Shown here: positions 56,901 to 64,000 of the stretch, one piece after another
Layout of the letters: each line of letters begins with the position of its first letter
Numbering within the stretch: the first letter of the stretch is position 1
Translations under genes and position numbers: made by a program
The notes under the pieces: model-generated
What the model saw: the letters and a program-made list of their open reading frames with translations, nothing else
The model's database searches: none
What the model was told of the DNA's origin: nothing
DNA from: an uncultured delta proteobacterium
Lineage (GTDB): Bacteria > Desulfobacterota > Zymogenia > Zymogenales > Zymogenaceae
Length of the DNA: 64,000 bases
Reading direction: 5' to 3'
Assembly: GCA_963735595.1 (NCBI GenBank)
Contig: CAVTLK010000001.1
Span: forward strand, 512,001 to 576,000

Positions 56901-57389
56901 CTATTCGCTAAAGAGCCTGTCTATATCTTCGTCGGTTATCTCTGCGAACGGCGATGCGCCTTCGCTGGTCTTTGACTCAACCTTTTTCATAAGGTTATCG
57001 AAAATGACAGTCAGATCCTCGCCGGCCTTTTTAGCCCGTAATCTCACCAGCCCGAGTGATGAGCGCTCATCGAAGATAACCACCATGATGACACGACGGC
57101 CTACGATCGAGATATAGATGTTGTCCCGATATCCCTCGTGAAATATGATAGTGAATTCCTTCTCGCCGAGCAGTTTGGCGATACTTCCCGTAGCCGCAAT
57201 GTTACCCGCCGTCAGCGACGCCAGCGATGTGGTATCAAGGTTTTCGGTTTCACCGGTGCTGGCGATCAACTGCCCGTTTCTGTCGACCAGAAAGATGACC
57301 TTGGAGTTTGTTTCGGAGTAGAGCTTTGTGATGACGTCGTTTATTTTCTTAAACTCTTCGTCGTAGAGGATAAGCTGCGTAAAGCTCAT
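56901..57389 (-). CDS. mglB: Roadblock-domain GAP MglB
   Basis: [47 protein letters not shown]. Confidence 0.95.
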   Translation of the reverse strand: MSFTQLILYDEEFKKINDVITKLYSETNSKVIFLVDRNGQLIASTGETENLDTTSLASLTAGNIAATGSIAKLLGEKEFTIIFHEGYRDNIYISIVGRRVIMVVIFDERSSLGLVRLRAKKAGEDLTVIFDNLMKKVESKTSEGASPFAEITDEDIDRLFSE

Positions 57390-57470
57390 CTACTGTCTCC
57401 CAATGTAACCCGCGTTCCCACTTCTTCTATTTATACCAAACGAAAATTAAAATAGCAACACTTTTTTCGA

Positions 57471-58190
57471 TTACCTGCAGCTGAAGCAGAGTTCATAGAA
57501 ATCCTCCGGCAGATCGGCGATCTTTCTGATGTAATCGAGCTGCCGCTTGGGTGCGATATACATCCCGCATTTCTTACAGGTGGCAAGCTCCAGCTTGACC
57601 TTCCAGTTATGGATATGTCTGGCGCCGTCCTTATCCTCCATCGTGATATACCCGGTAGGACAGATATAGACACACGATCCGCATCCGATGCAGGTCTCGG
57701 AGGCCTCGGCAAATGGCGTCGTAGGCATCCGAGACGTTCCCCGGGAGAAATATCCCAGGGCGCTTACGCCAACCACCTCGTCGCAGGCGCGCACGCACAT
57801 GCCGCAGAGGATGCAATCGTCGTTGACCGGGGTGAGCCGCCCCCCCGTAACCCCGAGACGAGCCGCAAGCTCGACGATCGCCTTGTTGCCGGGCGCTCGG
57901 GCAAGCAGCAGCTCCATGACGATGTTCCTGGTCTTCAGCACCCGCTCGGTATCCGTCTTGACCGTCAGGCCCTCCTCGGCGGGGTAGTTACAGGAGGTAA
58001 CGACCCGCGTGCGGCCCCCTTTTTCGATCTGGACCAGGCACATCCTGCATACGCCGTACGGGATCAGCGCCTCGTTGTGACACAGGGTGGGAATATAGAC
58101 GTTCATACCGCGGGCTATTGTCAGGAGGGGCGTCCCTTTCTGAGCCTTTACCTCGGCACCGTTGAGCGTAATGGTAACCATCTCGTCCAT
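57471..58190 (-). CDS. Truncated HydA/NuoG-like Fe-S subunit (BfuA/BamI-like), no catalytic domain
   Basis: IPTLC...CRMC...TSC [2Fe-2S], CILCGMCVRAC, CIGCGSCVYICP, extra CKKC...CFSC; only 239 aa. Confidence 0.85.
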   Translation of the reverse strand: MDEMVTITLNGAEVKAQKGTPLLTIARGMNVYIPTLCHNEALIPYGVCRMCLVQIEKGGRTRVVTSCNYPAEEGLTVKTDTERVLKTRNIVMELLLARAPGNKAIVELAARLGVTGGRLTPVNDDCILCGMCVRACDEVVGVSALGYFSRGTSRMPTTPFAEASETCIGCGSCVYICPTGYITMEDKDGARHIHNWKVKLELATCKKCGMYIAPKRQLDYIRKIADLPEDFYELCFSCR

Positions 58191-58198
58191 AGTAACCT

Positions 58199-59992
58199 CT
58201 ACCGTATTTTCACCGCGTCAACCGGGCAGACCTCGTGGCAGGCCCGGCAGCGGATGCAGATCGATTCATCGATAACATGGGGAACCTTCTTTGCCCCCTG
58301 GATGCAATTGACCGGGCAGACCTTCTTGCACTTGCCGCAGGCGATACAGGTCTCGGCGTCGATCGAAAGAGTGATGAGCTTCGTGCAGACCCGGGCCGCA
58401 CATTTCTTGTCCCGAATGTGGGCGTCATACTCACCGCGAAAGTATCTGATCGTGCTCATAACCGGGTTCGGGGCGCTGCCCCCCAACGCGCACAGAGAGC
58501 CCCAGACCATGCCCTCGCCAATCTCCTCAAGAAGCTCAACGTCCCCCTCTCTCCCCTCCCCCTCGGTAATACGCGTGAGAATATCCAGATAATGCCTGAG
58601 ACCTTCCCGACACGGCGTGCACTTGCCGCATGACTCGTCGACGAGGAAGTTGATGAAGTAGCGGGCGACGTCCACCATGCAGGTGTCCTCGTCCATGACG
58701 ATCATGCCGCCGGACCCCATCATGGAGCCCAGCCTGGTCAGTTCGTCAAAATCTACCGGCGTATCCAGGTGTTCGGCGGGGATGCATCCTCCGGACGGGC
58801 CACCGGTCTGCACCGCTTTGAATTTCCTATCTCCCTTGATACCGCCGCCAATATCGTAGATAATCTTGCGCAGCGTTATTCCCATCGGCACTTCCACCAA
58901 TCCGACGTTATTGACGCCCCCAACGAGCGAGAATACCTTCGTGCCTGTGCTCCCCTTTGTGCCGATGGAAGAAAACCACTGCGAGCCGTGATTGATGATT
59001 AATGGAATATTCGCCCACGTTTCCACGTTATTGAGGTTCGTGGGCATGTCCCAGAGCCCCTTCTCGGACGTATGGATGTACTTGGCCCTCGGCTCGCCGG
59101 CCTTGCCCATGATCGACTGCATGAGCGCCGAAGACTCTCCGCATATGAAGGCGCCGCCGCCGCGGTTTATCTCGATATCGAACGAAAAACCGGACCCGAA
59201 GATATTGTCGCCCAGAAGCCCGTACGCCCGCGCGTCGGCTATCGCCTTGGTGAGGTTCTTGACCGCCAGCGGGTACTCCATGCGAACGTAAATATACCCC
59301 TTGGATGAGCCGATGGCGTATGCCCCGATAATCATCCCTTCTATGACGCTGTGGGGGTCGCCCTCCATTACCGAGCGATCCATAAAGGCGCCCGGATCGC
59401 CCTCATCGCCGTTGCAGATGACGTAGCGAACCGCGCCCGGCGCGTTTTTTGTGGTGCGCCATTTGCGGGCGGTAGCAAATCCACCTCCACCCCTTCCCCG
59501 CAATCCCGACTTTTCGACTTCGTCGATGATCTGGTCCGGCGTCATTTCGGTAAGGGCCTTGACCAGGGCGCTGTACCCGTCACGACCTATATATTCGTCT
59601 ATTTTCTCGGGATCGATAAGGCCTCGGTTTCGGAGCACCCTTAGCTCCTGCTGGGCAAAGAAGGGGATTTGCTGCATGGTGGGGATCACGGCCTTGGTCA
59701 CCGGGTGCATATAGAGAAGCCGTTTTACGACCCTCCCCTTGATGAAGTGATCCGAGACCAATTCCGGGATGTCCTTGGGCTTTATCGCCACGTAGATCAC
59801 GTCATCCGGTTGCACGACCAGGATCGGCCCAAGGGCGCAAAACCCGTTACACCCGGTAACGACGACCTTCATTTCGTCGGCCAGGCCTTTCTTTTCGAGC
59901 TCGGCCTCCAGGACATCCTTGATGGTCATCGCCGCTGAGGCGCGGCATCCCGTCCCACCGCACAACAGTAAATGGGATCTAACCGCCTTCAT
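58199..59992 (-). CDS. HydB/NuoF-like FMN/NADH-binding subunit (BfuB-type)
   Basis: N-terminal CGGTGC...GCNGFC, GLRGRGGGGF, CNGDEGDPGAFMD, ESCGKCTPCREG, two C-terminal [4Fe-4S] motifs. Confidence 0.92.
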   Translation of the reverse strand: MKAVRSHLLLCGGTGCRASAAMTIKDVLEAELEKKGLADEMKVVVTGCNGFCALGPILVVQPDDVIYVAIKPKDIPELVSDHFIKGRVVKRLLYMHPVTKAVIPTMQQIPFFAQQELRVLRNRGLIDPEKIDEYIGRDGYSALVKALTEMTPDQIIDEVEKSGLRGRGGGGFATARKWRTTKNAPGAVRYVICNGDEGDPGAFMDRSVMEGDPHSVIEGMIIGAYAIGSSKGYIYVRMEYPLAVKNLTKAIADARAYGLLGDNIFGSGFSFDIEINRGGGAFICGESSALMQSIMGKAGEPRAKYIHTSEKGLWDMPTNLNNVETWANIPLIINHGSQWFSSIGTKGSTGTKVFSLVGGVNNVGLVEVPMGITLRKIIYDIGGGIKGDRKFKAVQTGGPSGGCIPAEHLDTPVDFDELTRLGSMMGSGGMIVMDEDTCMVDVARYFINFLVDESCGKCTPCREGLRHYLDILTRITEGEGREGDVELLEEIGEGMVWGSLCALGGSAPNPVMSTIRYFRGEYDAHIRDKKCAARVCTKLITLSIDAETCIACGKCKKVCPVNCIQGAKKVPHVIDESICIRCRACHEVCPVDAVKIR

Positions 59993-60076
59993 AGAGAACC
60001 TTCCTCTTTACTGTGAATACCGTTACAGCAACCGTTAATGCTATTGCGGATAATTTCTTGGGCTGCTTCGGTTCTA

Positions 60077-60437
60077 TTATCCTTCACAGGATTCTTCCTG
60101 CCCGGCGCCGACGATGTGTTCCTTGAAGATGTGCCTCATCTTGTCCGGATCCATATTCTCGTATTTAATCGGCGTCTGCCCCGGCTTATGGATTATCACC
60201 AACGGCTCCCTGTCGCACAGGCCGATGCAGTCATCCACCGCCACGACGACATCCGTCGCCTTGTGCCGGGCCATATCGATCAGAAGCGATGTCCAAGACG
60301 TCCCGCGCCCCGGAGGCGATACCGCAGGTCCCCATATGAATAGTCACCTTAGTGCGTTCAATGCCGTGTCTGATAGCGTTTTCGTTTTGAATCTTCGTTC
60401 GAATTTTCCGTAAGTCGTCCGCGGATAGTGGGGACAT
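60077..60437 (-). CDS. HydD/HndB-like thioredoxin-fold [2Fe-2S] subunit (one frameshift near 60293)
   Basis: IHMGTCGIASGAR and CIGLC..EP in adjacent frames; removing one G gives ARDVLTSLLIDMARH. Confidence 0.85.
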
Positions 60438-60457
60438 TTTTCCCTCTGAGAAATAGG

Positions 60458-60916
60458 TTATTTGTAGTGGCCGAGAATCTCGGCGATCTTGGACGGTTTA
60501 ACCATGCCGTGGACTTCTTCATCCACCATAACTACCGGCGCCAGGCCGCACGCCCCGACGCAATTAACCGTTTCAAGGGTGAAACTGCCGTCCCTGGTCG
60601 TATCGCCCGTTTTAACCCCGAGCTCTCCTTCGAACCCCTCGGCGATCCTCTTTCCCCCCGAGATATGGCAGGCCGTGCCGAGGCAAACCCTGATCTCGTG
60701 CTTTCCCCGGGGTACGAGCGAAAAGGCCTTGTAGAACGTTACGATATGATAAATCTGGGCCTCCGGGATAGCCAGCACATCGCCAAGCCGGCGGACCGCC
60801 TCGCGCGGTATGTAGCGGAACCTGGTCTGGATATCCTGAAGCATGAGGATGATGCTGGACGGCTTTGCGCCGTAACTCTTAATGACCTCGTCTACCTGTG
60901 CGACATCATAATCCAT
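60458..60916 (-). CDS. HydC/NuoE-like [2Fe-2S] subunit
   Basis: LQDIQ...YIP, TFYK.F...P.G, VCLGTACH..G, V.CVGACG.APV. Confidence 0.92.
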   Translation of the reverse strand: MDYDVAQVDEVIKSYGAKPSSIILMLQDIQTRFRYIPREAVRRLGDVLAIPEAQIYHIVTFYKAFSLVPRGKHEIRVCLGTACHISGGKRIAEGFEGELGVKTGDTTRDGSFTLETVNCVGACGLAPVVMVDEEVHGMVKPSKIAEILGHYK

Positions 60917-60919
60917 GGC

Positions 60920-61858
60920 TTACCCGTTAGTGATTTTTGCGAGCATAATGATTTTCTCGTATTCCTCGGTCACCCGTTTCTGAATAACGTCGATATCGGT
61001 ATCCGTGAGGTGTCGAAACCTCCCCTGTCCCGATAGATAGTCTTTGATCGGCCGGAGTTTCGGGATATCCATCGTCAGCCGGTATTTTCCCTCCTGAACT
61101 TCGAAGAGGGGGAACGCCCCGGTCTCCACGGCAAGCCTCCCGTACTTAATGGCCAGGTGCGACGGAATCCGCCAGCCGGTGGGGCAGACCGATAAAACGT
61201 GCAGGTAGGCCGGCCCGCCGGACTCAACCGCTCTTACCACTTTGGCCTGCAGGTCAAACGGGTAGCTCGAACAGGCGGTCGCGACGTACGGTATATTGTG
61301 CGCGACCGCGATGGCCGCCATATTCTTCTTCCACGTGTGTTGCCCGATTGATCCCTTGCCGGCAGGCGACGTCGTCGTAGACGCGCCATACGGCGTTGAG
61401 CTCGACCGCTGGATACCGGTGTTCATATAGGCCTCGTTGTCAAAGCAGACATAGACGAAGTCCTCGTGCATCCTTTCCAGCGCGCCGGAAAGCGCCTGGA
61501 AGCCGATGTCCGTGGTGGCGCCGTCGCCGCCCATCCCGACAGAGACGATACGCTTCGTGGGGATCTTACCCTTCCGCATCAGCGCCTTGAGTCCCGAGGC
61601 GACGCCCGAGGCTACCGCCCCGGCGTTCTCGAACGCCACGTGAATCCAGGGGACGTTCCAGGCCGTCAGCGGCAGGGGAGAAGAGACGATCTCCATGCAT
61701 CCGGTGGCGTTGGAGATAACGATATCACGGCCGAAGGCCTTAAGGACGTGCCGGACGGCCAGCGCCTCCGCACATCCCTGGCAGGCCCGGTGTCCCGAGG
61801 TGAAGTTTTCCGCGCGATTGGTCAGATTGGGGACATATACTGCGTATTTATCGATCAT
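60920..61858 (-). CDS. porB: Pyruvate/2-ketoisovalerate:ferredoxin oxidoreductase beta subunit
   Basis: GH.AC.GC, TGC.E, GGDG...DIG, DNEAYMNTG.QRS, CPTGW. Confidence 0.93.
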   Translation of the reverse strand: MIDKYAVYVPNLTNRAENFTSGHRACQGCAEALAVRHVLKAFGRDIVISNATGCMEIVSSPLPLTAWNVPWIHVAFENAGAVASGVASGLKALMRKGKIPTKRIVSVGMGGDGATTDIGFQALSGALERMHEDFVYVCFDNEAYMNTGIQRSSSTPYGASTTTSPAGKGSIGQHTWKKNMAAIAVAHNIPYVATACSSYPFDLQAKVVRAVESGGPAYLHVLSVCPTGWRIPSHLAIKYGRLAVETGAFPLFEVQEGKYRLTMDIPKLRPIKDYLSGQGRFRHLTDTDIDVIQKRVTEEYEKIIMLAKITNG

Positions 61859-63030
61859 TGCCGCACCCCTACCATCGTGAATTCATCCCAGCGGTTATTT
61901 TTGATTCCCTCCATGGCCGTCTCGTACATCTCGATGAATTTATCCGGCGGCACGTCCCTGCCGGACAAACCCGCGATAAAAGAGAAGACATTGGGACGGT
62001 TATCGAGGCGGTAGAGGGCCGTCTTGATCTCGGAGGCCAACGGCCCTCCTACCCCCCCCACCGAGAGGGCGCGGTCGACCACCAGGAGGTTCTTGAATTT
62101 TCCGAGTGTGCCGGTGATATCGGCATACGGAAACGGTCGGAAAAGCCTGATTTTAACCAGGCCGACCTTCTTCCCGGCCGTCCTGAGCCTGTCAACGACC
62201 TCCATGCCGAGCTCCCCGTAGCTTCCCATGGTAACGAAGACGGTATCGGCGCCCTCGGTCATGTATTCCTCAACCGGAAGATACCGACGGCCCGTGAGCT
62301 CTCCCCACCGGTCCCATGCCTCCCTGATTACCGTGTACGAATCGCGGATCGCTATCTCGTGGACCATCTTGGTCTCGGTAAAAAGTTCCGGCATCGCGAA
62401 GGCGCCCATCGTGACCGGCCGATCGGGATGCAGCGTATATAGCGGATCAAACGGGGGAAGGAACTCTTTTACGATATCGTTACCGACGGTCTGGTAGGGC
62501 TCAATGACGTGGCTGAGAATAAACCCGTCCATATTAACCGCGACCGGCAGCGACACGCGGCGGTCTTCGGCGATCCGAAACGCGCAGAGCGTCTGATCGA
62601 AGCTCTCCTGTCCGTTCTCGGCAAATATCATGATCCAGCCGCAGTCCCGGTTCGCCATAATGTCGCTCTGATCGTTCCAGATCGACAGCGGCGCCGACAG
62701 CGTCCGGTTGACCACCGTCATAACGATAGGCAGGCGCATGGCCGAGACAATGTAGAGGATCTCGCTCATGAGCTGGAGCCCCTGTGAGCTGGTGGCGGTG
62801 TAGGTGCGGGCGCCCGTTGCCGAGCTGCCGGCGCACGCGCTCATGGCCGAGTGTTCGCTCTCCACGCAGATATACTCCGCGTCGAGGTGGCCGTCGGCCA
62901 CCAACTCCGAGAGATGCTCAACGATATGGGTCTGGGGCGTGATGGGGTAGGCCGCGATGACGTCCACGTCGGCGAGCTTGACCGCCTCCGACACCATGAG
63001 GGAGACCTCCAAACCGATACGCTTGGCCAT
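61855..63030 (-). CDS. porA: Pyruvate/2-ketoisovalerate:ferredoxin oxidoreductase alpha subunit
   Basis: AAYPITPQT, VESEHSA, TATSSQGL, DGFILSH, FRPFP, GL.GRD. Confidence 0.93.
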   Translation of the reverse strand: MAKRIGLEVSLMVSEAVKLADVDVIAAYPITPQTHIVEHLSELVADGHLDAEYICVESEHSAMSACAGSSATGARTYTATSSQGLQLMSEILYIVSAMRLPIVMTVVNRTLSAPLSIWNDQSDIMANRDCGWIMIFAENGQESFDQTLCAFRIAEDRRVSLPVAVNMDGFILSHVIEPYQTVGNDIVKEFLPPFDPLYTLHPDRPVTMGAFAMPELFTETKMVHEIAIRDSYTVIREAWDRWGELTGRRYLPVEEYMTEGADTVFVTMGSYGELGMEVVDRLRTAGKKVGLVKIRLFRPFPYADITGTLGKFKNLLVVDRALSVGGVGGPLASEIKTALYRLDNRPNVFSFIAGLSGRDVPPDKFIEMYETAMEGIKNNRWDEFTMVGVRQ

Positions 63031-63323
63031 CAGACCACCTCCTCCACCAACGTAATACACTGCGTGACGCATTCGTGGGCGCAGATACCGCATCCCTTAC
63101 AGTATTCGTAATCGGCGATAAAATAACCGCCTTCCTTTCTCATAATGGCATTGTCCGGACAAAAATTCCAGCAGACGCCGCACTTGATGCACTTCTGCTC
63201 GTTCCATACGGGCCGCTGCGACTTCCAGTCTCCGGTATGATAGACAACCGCGTTGCCCGGCTCATCAATAACGCTTCCCGGATTGAGGTCCGCGACCTTG
63301 TATTCTTCCATCGGCTTGGGCAC
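63030..63323 (-). CDS. porD: Pyruvate/2-ketoisovalerate:ferredoxin oxidoreductase delta subunit
   Basis: TGDW...RP, CIKCGVCWNFCPD, YCKGCGICAHEC. Confidence 0.93.
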   Translation of the reverse strand: MPKPMEEYKVADLNPGSVIDEPGNAVVYHTGDWKSQRPVWNEQKCIKCGVCWNFCPDNAIMRKEGGYFIADYEYCKGCGICAHECVTQCITLVEEVV

Positions 63324-63326
63324 TGG

Positions 63327-63875
63327 CTATACCTCCGTCTTGGTTTCGGTCATCGCCCGTTTCATAACGGCGATATTTTTCTCCGCGATTTTACCGAACC
63401 GATTCTTGAGGGGCTCTATGAGATGTTCTTCTTCGACCACGTCCGTTACGGCCAGGAGGGCCCCGAGCATCGTCGTATTGGTGATGGGCAGGCCCAGCAC
63501 CTCTCTGGCGATGGCCGTTGCATCCACGACCGCCATGCGGACGGTAAAGCCGTACTGCTTTCTCAGATCGGCAATCCCTCTATGGCTGTTGATGATGAGG
63601 ATTCCCCCCTCTTTGAGTCCCTTCGCAGGGTTGACAATAGCAAGGAGGCTTGGGTCCAGCACAACCGCCACGTCGGGCGTATAAATCTTAGTCCTGAGCC
63701 TTATCGGCTTGGTGTCTATACGGGCAAATGCCACAACCGGCGCACCTCGCCTCTCCGGGCCGAAATTCGGGAACGCCTGGGCGTATTTGCCTTCTCCGAT
63801 AGCGGCCAGCGCCAGCATCTCGGCCGACGTCACCGCACCCTGCCCGCCCCTCCCGTGGAAGATAATCTCGATCAC
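63327..63875 (-). CDS. porC: Pyruvate/2-ketoisovalerate:ferredoxin oxidoreductase gamma subunit
   Basis: HGRGGQGAVT, FGPERRGAP, VDAT.IA, NT.MLGA. Confidence 0.93.
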   Translation of the reverse strand: MIEIIFHGRGGQGAVTSAEMLALAAIGEGKYAQAFPNFGPERRGAPVVAFARIDTKPIRLRTKIYTPDVAVVLDPSLLAIVNPAKGLKEGGILIINSHRGIADLRKQYGFTVRMAVVDATAIAREVLGLPITNTTMLGALLAVTDVVEEEHLIEPLKNRFGKIAEKNIAVMKRAMTETKTEV

Positions 63876-64000
63876 GTCTCCTCCTCACCCGGCATCACCA
63901 CAGGAAAAGATGCCGCAGGTTAGTCGCACTTACCATAAAAGAGATGATATCTAATACCAGAACCTCTTTTTTGTCAAGCGAAAAGGAACCTAATTCGCTC

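Noticed and set aside
57471..60916. Respiratory complex I nuoEFG or [FeFe]-hydrogenase
   Set aside because: No other nuo genes are present, and the A-like subunit has neither H-cluster motifs nor the long NuoG C-terminus.

Overview
A GC-rich bacterial chromosome segment. Gene content (mglAB, lptFG, iorAB, four-subunit POR, HydBC-like subunits, DUF4388) suggests an anaerobic deltaproteobacterium-like organism; this taxonomy is inference. It holds about 60 protein-coding genes and two tRNAs (Arg-CCT, Asn-GTT). I see no CRISPR array, transposase, integrase or prophage. Most genes in the first ~17 kb are broken by 1-nt indels, including normally essential lptF/lptG, and ligA carries one more; this points to long-read consensus error rather than decay. 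The middle is mostly housekeeping. Best leads: (1) an orphan 65-aa RiPP-like precursor at 53919-54116, with a YxxPxI leader and four CxxG repeats at exact 10-residue spacing; (2) a porCDAB operon running directly into a HydC/D/B module plus a HydA/NuoG-like subunit with no catalytic domain, a candidate electron-bifurcating/confurcating 2-oxoacid oxidoreductase; (3) an unassigned anaerobic catabolic cluster (ThDP enzyme, split UxaA/SuyAB-like lyase, two paralogous Spinster-like MFS, FrhB-like protein, IorAB); (4) a YghO/bacterial ceramide-synthase-like GNAT protein. All product calls come from motif recognition by eye, not database searches.
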